DNA of 64,000 bases, taken from the NCBI GenBank assembly GCA_964486135.1, contig CAZAKT010000001.1, forward strand, positions 18,631 through 82,630. Reading direction: 5' to 3'. The translations under genes and the position numbers were made by a program. The notes under the pieces were generated by a model, which was not told where the DNA came from, did no database searches, and saw only the letters and a program-made list of their open reading frames with translations. This document shows, in pieces, positions 26,936 through 37,170 of this stretch (the first letter of the stretch is position 1; each line of letters opens with the position of its first letter). The DNA is from an uncultured Mageeibacillus sp. (GTDB taxonomy: Bacteria > Bacillota > Clostridia > Saccharofermentanales > DTU023).

Positions 26936-26957
26936 TGAATGGCCGGATCTTCCAGGT

Positions 26958-27707
26958 TCAGCCCTTGATTAAGGCTTTGGTGGCCGAGGTCAGCTGGAGG
27001 ATCTGCCGGTCGGCCCGGTCAGCGTAACGGCCGATCAGTTCGACCAGGGCATCTTCGATGATGACCCCGTCCGCCTCCGATGCAAAGAGCTTGATCTGAT
27101 CCAGGTTTTTCCCCGCGCATCCGACCAAGATGGGGAGACTTGTGGCCTTCCTTGTCCGGGCAATCAGCCCGGCGTCCGTCTGGTCACCTTCCGGAATCAG
27201 TTGATAGACGAAAGCCTGGGCCTCCCGGACAATGGGTTCCAGCCGATGGCTGGTGGTGGGCGCGGTCTGGCTGATCAGGACAATGCCCTTGTCTTGCGCC
27301 TGCTGCAGAAGCTCCTCTTTTTCTTCGAAGGGGAGATCGGGAATTACTATCCCGTCCAAACCCGATAGCCTGGCTTCCTTGAAGAAATTTTCATAACCGT
27401 AGCGGAAGAGGGGATTCAGGTAGGATCTGAAGAGGAGGGCTTTTTCGCTTTCTTCCCGGATCCGCCTGACCAGGGAAAATAGTCCGTCCACATTTGTGCC
27501 TGTAGCCAGAGCCCGGACGTTTGCCTCCTGTACCAGCCGGCTCTCCCCGGCGGGGTCCGAGAAGGGGATCCCGATCATGACCATGTCGGCGCCGGCCTTG
27601 AGCAGGAGTCTCAGGTAATCTTCCGTTTTTTCCAGGTCGGGATCACCGCCCAAAAGGTGGACAATCAGTGCTTTTCCGTTGGCGAATGCCTTTTCAATTC
27701 TAGTCAT
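26958..27707 (-). CDS. trpA: Tryptophan synthase alpha-chain homolog with most active-site positions substituted
   Basis: The TIM-barrel layout is TrpA-like ('[14 protein letters not shown]', '[10 protein letters not shown]'). ATG 27707 overlaps the trpB stop. The residues aligned to E. coli E49, T183, G213, G234 and S235 are changed, and the one aligned to D60 is Glu (see findings). The long N-terminal ORF extension was rejected. Confidence 0.72.
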   Translation of the reverse strand: MTRIEKAFANGKALIVHLLGGDPDLEKTEDYLRLLLKAGADMVMIGIPFSDPAGESRLVQEANVRALATGTNVDGLFSLVRRIREESEKALLFRSYLNPLFRYGYENFFKEARLSGLDGIVIPDLPFEEKEELLQQAQDKGIVLISQTAPTTSHRLEPIVREAQAFVYQLIPEGDQTDAGLIARTRKATSLPILVGCAGKNLDQIKLFASEADGVIIEDALVELIGRYADRADRQILQLTSATKALIKG

Positions 27708-28884
27708 GCAGGCTCCTCCCTCTGTAACGCGCGATAGCCGCGACATCCTTGTCACCTCTGCCTGACAGGCAGACAATGATGAGGTCGTCTTTCGCCAGGC
27801 TTGGTGCCATTGCCAGGACCTGGGCGATGGCGTGAGAGCTTTCAATCGCCGGGATTATGCCTTCCATACGGGACAGGTATTCGAAGGCTTCGACAGCTTC
27901 CCGGTCTGTAATCGGATAATATTCAGCCCGTCCCCTGTCATGGAGCCAGGCATGTTCCGGTCCGATGCCGGGATAATCAAGTCCCGCGGATATTGAATAG
28001 ACGGGGGCTATCTGGCCGCAGTCATCCTGGCAGAAATAGGATTTCATCCCATGAAAGACGCCGGCCTGGCCCCGGGCAATGCTTGCGGCATGCCTGCCGG
28101 TCTCCAGGCCAAGTCCCGCGGCCTCGCAAGCGATCAAACGGACTGTCTCATCCGGGATGAAGGCGTAAAAGAGCCCCATGGCATTGCTCCCACCGCCGCA
28201 GCAGGCGACCAAGGCCGTGGGTAGGCGGCCTTCACGCTCCAGGATCTGGGATCGGGCTTCCTGTCCGATGACACTCTGGAAGTCGCGGACCATGGTGGGG
28301 TAGGGGTGTGGCCCCACAACTGAACCCAGGACATAGAAGCTGTCTCCGGTCCGCCTGGCCCATTCACCCAGGGTTTCGTTGACCGCGTCCTTCAGTACTT
28401 TTGTCCCTGATTCAACCGCCTGGACCCGGGCTCCCAGAAGTTCCATGCGGTAGACGTTCAGGGATTGCCTTTCCGTGTCCTCCCTGCCCATGAAGACCTC
28501 ACATTCGAGGTCGAGCAGGGCGGCGGCCGTCGCCGTCGCCACCCCATGCTGGCCCGCGCCGGTTTCGGCGATCAAGCGTCTTTTACCCATTTTTTTCGCC
28601 AGCAGAGCCTGGCCGAGCACATTGTTGATCTTGTGGGCACCGGTGTGGTTCAGATCCTCACGTTTCAGGTAGATCTTCGCGCCACCCAGATCCCGGGTCA
28701 TTTTCTCCGCGTAATAGAGCAGGGAGGGCCTGCCGACATACTCCCGGAGCAATTGCTTGAGTTCCGATTGAAAGGCAGGATCCGCCCCATATTGGCGGTA
28801 GGCCTCCTCCAGGGCTTTGATCTCGCTCATCAGCACCTCAGGGATGTACTGCCCGCCGTAAATCCCAAAGCGTCCCTTCTTCAT
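27700..28884 (-). CDS. trpB: Tryptophan synthase beta chain (TrpB1 type)
   Basis: It starts '[14 protein letters not shown]' and has the PLP-lysine region '[16 protein letters not shown]' and 'GGGSNAMG'. ATG 28884 follows GGAGGAG. Confidence 0.93.
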   Translation of the reverse strand: MKKGRFGIYGGQYIPEVLMSEIKALEEAYRQYGADPAFQSELKQLLREYVGRPSLLYYAEKMTRDLGGAKIYLKREDLNHTGAHKINNVLGQALLAKKMGKRRLIAETGAGQHGVATATAAALLDLECEVFMGREDTERQSLNVYRMELLGARVQAVESGTKVLKDAVNETLGEWARRTGDSFYVLGSVVGPHPYPTMVRDFQSVIGQEARSQILEREGRLPTALVACCGGGSNAMGLFYAFIPDETVRLIACEAAGLGLETGRHAASIARGQAGVFHGMKSYFCQDDCGQIAPVYSISAGLDYPGIGPEHAWLHDRGRAEYYPITDREAVEAFEYLSRMEGIIPAIESSHAIAQVLAMAPSLAKDDLIIVCLSGRGDKDVAAIARYRGRSLHD

Positions 28885-28937
28885 TTTTTCTCCTCCTGAC
28901 AGATAGTCTCGCTTCACGCTTTCCTTGGGAGGCAAAT

Positions 28938-28977
28938 CAAAAAACCCGCCCCCGACTCTATTAAGTCAAGGACGGGT
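28938..28977 (-). terminator. Intrinsic terminator of the T-box leader (attenuator)
   Basis: On the minus strand it reads ACCCGTCCTTGACT-loop-AGTCGGGGGCGGGT followed by TTTTTT. The stem has 14 pairs including G-U wobbles. Confidence 0.7.
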
Positions 28978-29205
28978 GAGTTATCATCCGCGGTGCCACC
29001 TTGGTTCACGGCCTGCCGTGCTCTCATCGGGATACCATCATATCCCCCGCAACTAACGTATGCGTCACGTCGTGGAATACTCAAAAAGCGATACTTTTCT
29101 TTGACCACGCCCTCAGCGGTCCATTTGATGTACTGCCTGGTACGGGTTTCCAGCTTCCCCGCTCTCTGTTACTGCTGGTAGACCTTTATCTCCGCATCAA
29201 CGGTT
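28938..29205 (-). promoter_or_regulatory. T-box riboswitch leader, probable Trp specifier (UGG)
   Basis: Read on the minus strand, stem I contains 'AGAGAG...GCTGGAAA'. The specifier region reads 'AGTACATCAAATGGAC', giving UGG followed by A. The conserved T-box sequence is 'AACCAAGGTGGCACCGCG' (29007-28990). A terminator hairpin and U-run follow immediately, just upstream of trpB. Confidence 0.8.
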
Positions 29206-29236
29206 TTGTTTGGTCTTTATTCAATTGTTGTAAGGC

Positions 29237-29265
29237 ATCATAGTACAGTCAACTGACCCTGTCAA
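29237..29265 (-). promoter_or_regulatory. Sigma-70-type promoter of the T-box/trpBA unit (TTGACA-17 nt-TATGAT)
   Basis: On the minus strand, TTGACA is at 29265-29260 and TATGAT at 29242-29237, with an exact 17-nt spacer. Confidence 0.55.
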
Positions 29266-29316
29266 GATAAATAGGCTTCGGGCCCACGAACGCTGTATTG
29301 TGGACAGCCATTTCCA

Positions 29317-29457
29317 TTACGGTTTGCCCTTTCTTTCGCTGACGATTCTGTCAATTAACTTATATTCTTGTTTAATCTTCCTATACTCTCGATCAAAGTT
29401 CGGATCTTGCCTTTTTTCTACTACCAGGTCCTTCACACAAATTTTTTCAAATTTCAT
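29317..29457 (-). pseudogene. Truncated XRE/HigA-type antitoxin fragment (46 codons, HTH part missing)
   Basis: The translation is MKFEKICVKDLVVEKRQDPNFDREYRKIKQEYKLIDRIVSERKGKP*. The 'DPxFxxEYxx..xEYxLIxxIxxxRK' pattern matches the N-terminal segment of many XRE-type antitoxins. The ORF stops exactly where the HTH would begin. A 29-codon ORF (29463-29552) precedes it by 5 nt. Confidence 0.3.
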
Positions 29458-29565
29458 GATGATCAACTCTTTCCATTAATTTTCTTGACACAATATTGGG
29501 GTTCCACAATCATTATAGAAGAGCCAATGAAACGGGCATCCGAAATATCCATATAAGCTTAGGTC

Positions 29566-29610
29566 AAACCAAAAAGACTCCGTTACGGATCAACACATAA
29601 CGGAGTCTTT
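29566..29610 (-). terminator. Intrinsic terminator downstream of tRNA-Ser
   Basis: A perfect 13-bp stem, AAAGACTCCGTTA / TAACGGAGTCTTT (29573-29585 / 29598-29610), is followed on the minus strand by TTTTT. Confidence 0.72.
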
Positions 29611-29613
29611 AAC

Positions 29614-29704
29614 TGGCGGAGATGGTGGGATTCGAACCCACGTGTCGGTCACCCGACAAACGCTTTTCGAGAGCGCCCCGTTACGGCCACTTCGGTACAT
29701 CTCC
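29614..29704 (-). tRNA. tRNA-Ser (anticodon CGA), class II with a long variable arm, CCA encoded
   Basis: The minus strand reads GGAGATG-TA-CCG..CGG-G-GCGCT-CTCGAAA-AGCGT-variable arm-GTGGG-TTCGAAT-CCCAC-CATCTCC-G-CCA. I folded the cloverleaf by hand. Confidence 0.9.
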
Positions 29705-29768
29705 CTATGCTTATACCATCGGCCGGGCCGGGCACCAGTCTAACATAAACGGTAGCGATATTTCCAGT

Positions 29769-30362
29769 TCAGTTTCGCGCTTGCGGGGGACCGGAAGACT
29801 TCTCGTAGAGGAGGTCCAGAAGTGGATCCTCCATGGCGGACCAGTTGTCTGTGAGCCAGTCAGTTATCCGTTCCTGGGGGATGATGACCGGCATCCGATT
29901 ATGGATATGACTGAATCCCGGGGCGGCCTCCCGGGTCAAGATGACAAAACTCGGGAAGGGACTAGCCTTGTCCTCACGGTAACAGCCTGCCAGGAAGAGG
30001 GGGCTCTGGGGGAGGAAGAAGGCATACCTTTCCTTCCTGCCGCCTAGGTTTGCCCATTCGTAGTAGCCGCTGGCAGGGAGGAGGCAACGGTGATCGCGCA
30101 TAGCCCGGCTGAACATGGGTTTTTCAAGGGCTGTTTCACTCCGGGCGTTGATGATCAGCCGCCCCGTGTAGGCCTTGAAACCCCAGTTCATCGTCAGGTA
30201 GCGACCTGGGCCCGTTTGGGCGGGGACAAGGTCGGAGGGGAAGAGCTCGCCCTTTGTTTTGAGCTTGGGGGGCGGACTTGTTCCCGCTATCTCTTCCTCC
30301 AGGTTTTTTTCGATTTCGAGGAACCAGGCCTCATCCGGATTGATGTAATAGCGTCCACACAT
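29769..30362 (-). CDS. SOS-response-associated peptidase (SRAP/YedK/HMCES family, abasic-site sensor)
   Basis: The N-terminus 'MCGRYY' has the catalytic Cys2. It also has 'INARSETALEKPMFSRA' and 'PASGYYEW'. ATG 30362 follows GGGAG. Confidence 0.85.
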   Translation of the reverse strand: MCGRYYINPDEAWFLEIEKNLEEEIAGTSPPPKLKTKGELFPSDLVPAQTGPGRYLTMNWGFKAYTGRLIINARSETALEKPMFSRAMRDHRCLLPASGYYEWANLGGRKERYAFFLPQSPLFLAGCYREDKASPFPSFVILTREAAPGFSHIHNRMPVIIPQERITDWLTDNWSAMEDPLLDLLYEKSSGPPQARN

Positions 30363-30398
30363 AGGTTCTCCCTTTCCTAACAGCTTCATGTCATTGTA

Positions 30399-31799
30399 AT
30401 GCAATTGTGGTTTAATAAACGGGTGGCCAAGAATCCAATAGACAAAACGACAAGAATGGTTGAAGCGCCCATCCTGCCTCTCTTATTGAGGATGTCGGGT
30501 CCTGCAGTCTTCTCCATGCTGATCATGTCCCTTTACAATATTGTGGACAGCCTTTTCGTGAGTATGGTTTCAGAGACCGCCCTTCGGGCCGTCAGTATCA
30601 TATCCCCTGTCCAGATGCTCATGGTATCTTTCGCCGTCGGCACTTCGATAGGCGTCAATTCCTACGTGGCCCGCAGTCTGGGTTCGGAGGATTATGAGAG
30701 GGCTAGTCTGGCGGCGACCCATGGTTTCCTCCTCTCCTTCTTCAACTGGGCCATCTTTTTGATTGCCGGCTATTTTGCTTCGCCTATGATCCTGCGCTTG
30801 TTTACGAATCACGCGGAGGTCTTCCAGGATGGAACGGCTTATCTGCGGATCGTCACGGTCGCCTCGCTGGGTCTCTTCTGGCAGATCCATTGCGAAAAGA
30901 TCTTCCAGGCGACAGGCAATATGACCCGGGCCATGTATATCCAGCTGGCGGGGGCCCTGATCAATATCGCCCTGGACCCCGTCTTTATTTTCGGCTGGTT
31001 CGGTTTGCCGGCCATGGGTGTGAGCGGCGCCGCTATCGCCACTGTTTTAGCCCAGCTGATCGCGGGAGCCATAGCCGTCTACCTCTTACTCAGACGGGAG
31101 AGTGTCCTGTCGATCCGCCTCAAGGGTTTCCGGGTCAACGGCCATATCCTGGCGGAAATCTACCGGGTTGGCCTGCCCTCCCTGGTTTTGCAATCGGTAA
31201 CCGCTTTTGTTGGTATGGTCTTCAATATGATCATCAAGCCTTTTTCCGAGGTTGCCATTACCGTCCTGGGCGTCTACCTGAAACTGGAATCCTTCGTCTT
31301 CATGCCCGTCTTCGGTGTAGGACAGGGGATGTTGCCCCTCATGGCATACAACTACGGGGCTGAGCGCTATGACCGTGTGAAGCTTGTCCTGAAAAACGGA
31401 CTTTTTCTGGTCCTGGGCATCATGTCGGTTTCCATGGTCGTCTTTCAGCTTATCCCTGGCCTGCTGCTGGGTATCTTCAACGCGACGGAGGAGATGTATA
31501 TCATGGGGATGCCCGCCTTCAGGAGCATTTCAACCTGCTTTGTCTTCGCCGGGGTAACCATAGTCCTGTCCAATGCCTTTCAGGCGCTGGGCAGAGGTAG
31601 TTACAGCCTCTTTATCTCCGTATTCCGGCAACTGGCGCTCATGCTGCCGATCGCCCGCTACTTTGCCGCCTGGCACCTCGACTATGTCTGGTTTGCCTTC
31701 GTCATCTCCGATTTTGGAGCCATGCTGGTGGCAATCGGCCTCTTTATCTGGTTGTCCAGGAGAATAATGCCTGAGCCGGTCAGTCAGCCAGTCGGTTAG
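30399..31799 (+). CDS. MATE-family efflux transporter
   Basis: It has 12 predicted TM segments and an N-terminal 'ILPLLLRMSGPAVFSMLIMSLYNIVDSLFV', which is typical of MATE/NorM proteins. The start could be 30399 or 30456. Confidence 0.85.
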   Translation: MQLWFNKRVAKNPIDKTTRMVEAPILPLLLRMSGPAVFSMLIMSLYNIVDSLFVSMVSETALRAVSIISPVQMLMVSFAVGTSIGVNSYVARSLGSEDYERASLAATHGFLLSFFNWAIFLIAGYFASPMILRLFTNHAEVFQDGTAYLRIVTVASLGLFWQIHCEKIFQATGNMTRAMYIQLAGALINIALDPVFIFGWFGLPAMGVSGAAIATVLAQLIAGAIAVYLLLRRESVLSIRLKGFRVNGHILAEIYRVGLPSLVLQSVTAFVGMVFNMIIKPFSEVAITVLGVYLKLESFVFMPVFGVGQGMLPLMAYNYGAERYDRVKLVLKNGLFLVLGIMSVSMVVFQLIPGLLLGIFNATEEMYIMGMPAFRSISTCFVFAGVTIVLSNAFQALGRGSYSLFISVFRQLALMLPIARYFAAWHLDYVWFAFVISDFGAMLVAIGLFIWLSRRIMPEPVSQPVG

Positions 31800-31923
31800 T
31801 CCTCTGGATGTGCGTCCGCCAGGCGCTCGTGATATAGTAATCAATGAATTTATTCTAAAAGGGTGCGGGGCCAGGAAGGCGCCGTCCGGGTGGCGGCTGA
31901 CTGGGGATTTCGGGGAACAAAAG

Positions 31924-33564
31924 ATGGCAACCAGATATATTTTTGTGACAGGCGGCGTGGTGTCGGGACTTGGCAAGGGAATTACGGCGGCGGCGCTCGG
32001 CCGGCTGCTGATCGCCAGAGGCCTTAGCGTACGCATCCAGAAATTTGATCCTTATATCAATGTCGACCCGGCGCTTATGAGCCCGACCCAGCACGGGGAA
32101 ATCTTCGTGACGGAGGATGGGGCCGAAACCGACCTTGATATCGGCCACTATGAACGCTTTACCGATGTCGACCTCACCAGCGAAAGTGATATAACTTCGG
32201 GACGCGTCTACCTCAATGTCATCCAGCACGAGCGGACCGGCGGTTATTTCGGACGGACGGTCCAGGTTGTCCCCCACATAATCAATGAGATAAAAGAACA
32301 TATCTATAAGGTTGCCGAGGAGGATCAGATCGATGTCGTCATCTGCGAAATCGGTGGAACCATAGGCGACATGGAGGGACAGCCCTTCATTGAAGCCATC
32401 AGGCAGGTCAGCTATGAGGTAGGTCGCGGGAACTGCCTCTTTATTCATGTGACCTTGTTGCCTTATGTAAAAAAACCGGGTGAGATCAAGACCAAGCCAA
32501 CCCAGCACAGTGTGCAAAAGCTCCTCTCCTTTGGAATCCAGCCTGATATCCTGGTCTGCCGAACGGAGAAGCCCCTTGACCAGAGCATCCGGGAGAAACT
32601 GGCCCTCTTCTGCAATGTCCGTATGGACTCCGTAATCCAGAATGTTGACTGTGATTCCGTTTATGAACTCCCCCTCATCTTTGAGAAGGAGGGTTTCGCC
32701 CGTGTCGTCTGCGAACGGCTTGGACTGGATCATCCGAAGCCCTATCTGGAAGACTGGGAGTGCCTGGTGAGGAAGGCCCGTCTGCCTCGGGAAAGGCTCG
32801 AAGTTGCCCTGGTAGGGAAGTATACGGAGCTTCAGGATGCCTACTACAGCGTAGTGGAGGCCTTGGATCATGCCGGCATTGACCTGGGCGTTGAACCGGT
32901 GATCGATTGGGTTTCCAGTGAGGAATTGGAGGGACTCTCGCCGGAAGAGGTCGACCGCCGCCTGGCGTCCGCCGATGCCATCGTGATCCCCAGCGGCTTC
33001 GGCGCGCGGGGTATGGAGGGCATGATCAATGCCAGCCGGAGTGCCCGGGAGCGGGGGATACCTTTCCTGGGTATCGGCCTTGGCATGCAGATGGCAGTTG
33101 TCGATATAGCCAGGCAGGTGGCAGGGATTGAAAAGGCTCATACGGATGAGTTCGGAACGGATTGCCAGGATATCTTCTATTACGCGGGACTGACGGAGAG
33201 CATGAGAAAGGAGGAGGCATCCCTGCCTTTCAGTGAACGACCTATGCGACGTGGGGCCTCCCCCATCCTTATCGAGGAGGGCTCACTCCTGGGGGAAATC
33301 TATGGCCTGCCCGAGGTGTCAGAACGCCATCATCACAGAAGGGAGTTCAACCCCGCCTACTCAGGCGTGCTGGCCGCCACGGGCCTCCGGTATTCCGGCA
33401 TGTCCCCCGACGGGCGGTACGTGGAGGCGGTCGAATGGCCAGACCACCCCTTCTTCGTCGGGACCATCTACCATCCAGAATTCAAGTCGAGACCCATCAG
33501 GCCCCACCCCCTCTTTCTGTCTTTTGTCAAAAAAGCGATTGACCACAAGAAAGGAGAATCGTGA
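31924..33564 (+). CDS. pyrG: CTP synthase
   Basis: It starts '[20 protein letters not shown]' and has the glutaminase domain motifs 'GIGLGMQ' and 'HRHRREFN'. The upstream ORF extension was rejected. Confidence 0.95.
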   Translation: MATRYIFVTGGVVSGLGKGITAAALGRLLIARGLSVRIQKFDPYINVDPALMSPTQHGEIFVTEDGAETDLDIGHYERFTDVDLTSESDITSGRVYLNVIQHERTGGYFGRTVQVVPHIINEIKEHIYKVAEEDQIDVVICEIGGTIGDMEGQPFIEAIRQVSYEVGRGNCLFIHVTLLPYVKKPGEIKTKPTQHSVQKLLSFGIQPDILVCRTEKPLDQSIREKLALFCNVRMDSVIQNVDCDSVYELPLIFEKEGFARVVCERLGLDHPKPYLEDWECLVRKARLPRERLEVALVGKYTELQDAYYSVVEALDHAGIDLGVEPVIDWVSSEELEGLSPEEVDRRLASADAIVIPSGFGARGMEGMINASRSARERGIPFLGIGLGMQMAVVDIARQVAGIEKAHTDEFGTDCQDIFYYAGLTESMRKEEASLPFSERPMRRGASPILIEEGSLLGEIYGLPEVSERHHHRREFNPAYSGVLAATGLRYSGMSPDGRYVEAVEWPDHPFFVGTIYHPEFKSRPIRPHPLFLSFVKKAIDHKKGES

Positions 33565-35069
33565 TGGCAGAACTTTTACCGGAATTGTCACGTACCTTCA
33601 GCGAGTACCTGCTGGTACCCAACAGGACGACCCACACCTGTACCCCGGATCGCGTATCCTTGAGAACACCCCTGGTCAAGTATGGAAAAGGACGGGAGGA
33701 TAGCCGGATCAAGCTGACCATACCCTTTGTCTCCGCTATCATGCAGGCCGTATCCGATGACCGTATGGCCATCGCCCTGGCCCGCCAGGGCGGCCTCTCC
33801 TTTATCTTCGGCTCACAGCCAGTCGAGGAGCAGTGCGACATGGTAAGGTGTGTCAAGAAGTTCAAGGCCGGTTTCGTTCCGAGTGACAGCAATCTCCGCC
33901 CCGACCATAAATTGTCGGACATCATCCGCCTGAAGCGAAGTACAGGCCATTCAACCGTGCCGATCACGGAAGATGGCAGCTCCAACGGCAAACTGGTCGG
34001 CATCGTGACCAGCCGCGACTACCGTATCTCCCGCCTGGATCCCGATACACCGGTCAGCAGTTTCATGACCCCCGGGGAGGCGATCGTATACGGCCGGGAG
34101 GGGATAAGCCTGAGCGAGGCCAACGACATTATCTGGGAGCACAAACTGAACCAGCTCCCCATCCTGGACGAAAGAGGCCACCTGGTCTCCCTGGTCTTCC
34201 GCAAGGACTATGACCAGCACAAGGAGAATCCGGGGGAGATGCTGGACGCGCAAAAACGCCTTCTGGTGGGAGCGGGAATCAATACCCATGACTACAGGGA
34301 GCGGGTCCCGGCCCTTTTGGAGGCCGGCTGTGACGTCCTGTGCATCGACTCATCGGACGGCTTCTCGGATTGGCAAAGGGACACCATTGAATTCGTCCGC
34401 GAACATTATGGCCCTGACCTGCCGCTTGGCGCCGGCAATGTCGTCGATGAGCAGGGTTTCCGCTTCCTGGCCGCCGCCGGTGCTTCCTTTATCAAGGTAG
34501 GGATCGGTGGAGGCTCGATCTGTATCACACGGGAACAAAAGGGCATCGGACGGGGACAGGCATCCGCCCTCATGGATGTCGCGCAGGCACGGGATCGTTG
34601 GTTCGAAGAGACAGGGGTCTATATCCCTATCTGTTCCGACGGTGGGGTTGTCCACGACTACCATATGACCCTGGCGCTTGCCATGGGTGCGGACTTCCTC
34701 ATGCTGGGCCGGTATTTCGCCCGTTTCGATGAAAGTCCGACCCGTCGTGTTCTCTTCAATGGCAGCTATGTCAAGGAATACTGGGGGGAAGGATCCAACC
34801 GCGCCCGCAACTGGCAGCGCTACGAGGACGGGGGCGAGGGTCAAATGATCTTCGAGGAGGGGGTTGACTCCTACGTACCCTATGCCGGTAAACTGGCCGA
34901 CAATGTCGAGACGACCCTGGCCAAGGTCAAGGCCACCATGTGTGCCTGTGGGGCAGTAAGTCTGTCCGAATTACAGGAAAAGGCCAGGCTGGTTCTTGTA
35001 TCGCCGACCAGCATCGTAGAAGGGGGCGCGCACGATGTCATCCACAAGGAAAGTGATCTTGGCAGGTGA
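33564..35069 (+). CDS. guaB: IMP dehydrogenase (type with the '[20 protein letters not shown]' active-site loop, CBS pair present)
   Basis: It has '[13 protein letters not shown]', the catalytic Cys loop '[12 protein letters not shown]', and a CBS-like insert. ATG follows GGAGA and overlaps the pyrG stop. Confidence 0.85.
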   Translation: MAELLPELSRTFSEYLLVPNRTTHTCTPDRVSLRTPLVKYGKGREDSRIKLTIPFVSAIMQAVSDDRMAIALARQGGLSFIFGSQPVEEQCDMVRCVKKFKAGFVPSDSNLRPDHKLSDIIRLKRSTGHSTVPITEDGSSNGKLVGIVTSRDYRISRLDPDTPVSSFMTPGEAIVYGREGISLSEANDIIWEHKLNQLPILDERGHLVSLVFRKDYDQHKENPGEMLDAQKRLLVGAGINTHDYRERVPALLEAGCDVLCIDSSDGFSDWQRDTIEFVREHYGPDLPLGAGNVVDEQGFRFLAAAGASFIKVGIGGGSICITREQKGIGRGQASALMDVAQARDRWFEETGVYIPICSDGGVVHDYHMTLALAMGADFLMLGRYFARFDESPTRRVLFNGSYVKEYWGEGSNRARNWQRYEDGGEGQMIFEEGVDSYVPYAGKLADNVETTLAKVKATMCACGAVSLSELQEKARLVLVSPTSIVEGGAHDVIHKESDLGR

Positions 35070-35093
35070 CAAATTTTTGTGGATGGGTATAAT
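35066..35093 (+). promoter_or_regulatory. Candidate promoter upstream of greA (GTGACA-16 nt-TATAAT)
   Basis: GTGACA is at 35066-35071 and TATAAT at 35088-35093. This is a sequence match only. Confidence 0.4.
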
Positions 35094-35167
35094 GATTTGA
35101 TTCATCCTGTTCCGCCGCCAGGTTTGAACAGGAGCTAGAAGTACAAGAAAAGAGGCTAGCAGTAGAG

Positions 35168-35662
35168 ATGACGCAAGCAGTCTACGAAATGACATATGGG
35201 AAAATCCGTGAATACCAAGAGGAGCTTGAGGATCGGAAGACACGGGTCGCAGCTGAGATCGCCGAACGTCTGAAGGAGGCGCGCGGCCACGGGGACATCA
35301 CGGAAAACTCGGAATTCGACGATGCCAAACAAGCTTATGCGGACAATGATCTCAGAATCATGGAGATCGAGCAAATCCTGAAAAACGCCAAAGTAATCGA
35401 CGAAAAAGAGATCAGCCGTACCCGGGTTACCTTGGGTGGCCGGGTTCTTCTGCGACATGAGGACTCAGGAGTCGAGCAGGAGTATATGATTGTCTCTGCC
35501 AAGGAAGAGGATATTATGATCGGTAAGCTCTCCAGTGAGTCCCCCGTCGGTCAGGCTATTTTAGGCAAGAAAAAGGGAGATACGGTGGAAGTCAAGACGC
35601 CGACAGGCATTTTGAAATACACAGTCGCCCGGATTTCAAGACCGAAAGGGTCGGAGGAATGA
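35168..35662 (+). CDS. greA: Transcription elongation factor GreA
   Basis: It has the coiled-coil N-terminus with '[14 protein letters not shown]' and the C-terminal domain '[21 protein letters not shown]'. Confidence 0.9.
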   Translation: MTQAVYEMTYGKIREYQEELEDRKTRVAAEIAERLKEARGHGDITENSEFDDAKQAYADNDLRIMEIEQILKNAKVIDEKEISRTRVTLGGRVLLRHEDSGVEQEYMIVSAKEEDIMIGKLSSESPVGQAILGKKKGDTVEVKTPTGILKYTVARISRPKGSEE

Positions 35663-37170
35663 CACAGGACAAGGAAGAAAGAAGACAGCTTGATTCCCTT
35701 CCCGAGCAGATGCGTTTTCGCCTCGAAAAGCTGGATAGACTTGAAAAGGCGGGAGAGAGCCCTTATTTACTGACCAGCTGTCAGGTAAGCCACCAGGCCG
35801 CGGCTATCATTGCCAATTTTGAAGAATTGGAGGGCAGGGAGGTAAAGGTTGCCGGCCGTCTTATGGGCAAGCGCGGCATGGGCAAGGTTTCCTTTGCCGA
35901 TCTTCTGGACCGCTCCGGCTCGATTCAAATCTTCAGCCGTCTGGACAACCTGGGCCAGGAGTCCTATGCCGGCTGGCAGGATCTGGATCTGGGCGATTAC
36001 CTGGCCGTGACGGGTGAGGTATTCAAGACCCGGATGGGAGAGATATCCATCCGAAACGCTTCCTGGACCCTCCTGGCCAAAGCCCTTCGCCCTCTCCCTG
36101 AAAAATACCACGGTCTTCGGGATACGGACCTCCGTTATCGCAAACGTTATCTTGACTTGATGGTCAATCCCGAGGTGAGGGACACCTTCATCAAACGGAG
36201 CCGGATTATCCGGCTTATGCGGGAAGAGCTCGATAAAAATGGCTTCCTGGAAGTTGAGACACCCCTGCTCAATACCATTGCGGGTGGCGCTTCGGCCAGA
36301 CCCTTCATCACCCATCATAATGCCCTGGACCTGGACCTCTTTCTCCGTGTGTCGCCGGAATTGTATCTGAAACGCCTCATTGTAGGTGGTCTGGAGCGGG
36401 TTTACGAGATCGGACGCAGCTTCAGGAATGAGGGGATGAGTACAAAACATAACCCCGAATTCACCATGCTGGAAGTCTATCAGGCCTATGGTGACTACGA
36501 GACCATGATGGCCTTGACCGAGACCCTCTTCTCCAAATTATGCCTTGATATTTGTGGGGGCTACGAAATCGAATACCAGGGTGTTTCCCTTTCCTTGAAA
36601 CCACCTTTCAGAAGGATCTCAATGATTGAGGCCGTCCGCGAGCATACGGGACTGGATTTTGACTCGATCAAGGGTGATCCGGAGGCGAGAAAGGCGGCCC
36701 TTGATTACGGTCTCGAGGAGGTCACCGCGGGCATGACCTGGGGTGAGGTCCTTAATGCCTGCTTTGAGGCCTATGCGGAGGAAAAGTTGATTCAGCCGAC
36801 CTTCCTGACCGACTATCCGATTGAGATATCGCCTCTGACCAAGATCAAACCGGGTACGGGGGGAAGGCTGACCGAGCGTTTTGAGATCTTCATCAGCGGG
36901 CGGGAGTATGGGAATGCCTACTCAGAATTGAATGACCCCTTCGACCAGCGCCGCCGCTTCGAGGATCAGCAACGCCGCCATGAGGCCGGCGATGAGGAGG
37001 CGCAACTGCCGGATGAGGATTTTGTTGAGGCGCTTGAATACGGTTTGCCTCCAACGGGCGGACTCGGAATCGGGGTTGACCGCCTGGTCATGCTCCTGAC
37101 CGACCAGGCCTCCATCCGGGATGTCCTTTTATTCCCCACCATGAAGCCACTGGACGGAAGAGATGACTGA
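35659..37170 (+). CDS. lysS: Lysine--tRNA ligase (class II)
   Basis: It has '[10 protein letters not shown]', 'FLEVETP', 'FRNEG', 'NPEFTMLE' and '[13 protein letters not shown]'. Confidence 0.95.
   Translation: MTQDKEERRQLDSLPEQMRFRLEKLDRLEKAGESPYLLTSCQVSHQAAAIIANFEELEGREVKVAGRLMGKRGMGKVSFADLLDRSGSIQIFSRLDNLGQESYAGWQDLDLGDYLAVTGEVFKTRMGEISIRNASWTLLAKALRPLPEKYHGLRDTDLRYRKRYLDLMVNPEVRDTFIKRSRIIRLMREELDKNGFLEVETPLLNTIAGGASARPFITHHNALDLDLFLRVSPELYLKRLIVGGLERVYEIGRSFRNEGMSTKHNPEFTMLEVYQAYGDYETMMALTETLFSKLCLDICGGYEIEYQGVSLSLKPPFRRISMIEAVREHTGLDFDSIKGDPEARKAALDYGLEEVTAGMTWGEVLNACFEAYAEEKLIQPTFLTDYPIEISPLTKIKPGTGGRLTERFEIFISGREYGNAYSELNDPFDQRRRFEDQQRRHEAGDEEAQLPDEDFVEALEYGLPPTGGLGIGVDRLVMLLTDQASIRDVLLFPTMKPLDGRDD

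Noticed and set aside
29622-30047. A 141-aa plus-strand ORF next to the tRNA.
   Set aside because: It begins inside the tRNA-Ser gene and then runs antisense to the well-supported SRAP peptidase gene. It is a spurious frame.
31800-31923. A possible pyrG leader attenuator of the reiterative-transcription type known from Bacillus.
   Set aside because: A TGATATAGT -10-like element is present. However, I could not find a terminator hairpin with a U-run or the expected G-run initiation context before the ATG.
31855-33141. Very long antisense ORFs. Examples: 428 aa opposite pyrG, 372 aa at 45672-46790 opposite pgsA/mutS2, 342 aa at 15647-16675, 343 aa at 42480-43511, 329 aa at 54615-55604, and 292 aa at 50793-51671.
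   Set aside because: Each lies entirely inside a well-supported gene on the other strand. Their composition is low-complexity and rich in Arg/Gly/Pro/Ala, as expected from stop-poor reverse frames in GC-rich DNA. They have no RBS and no recognisable motifs.
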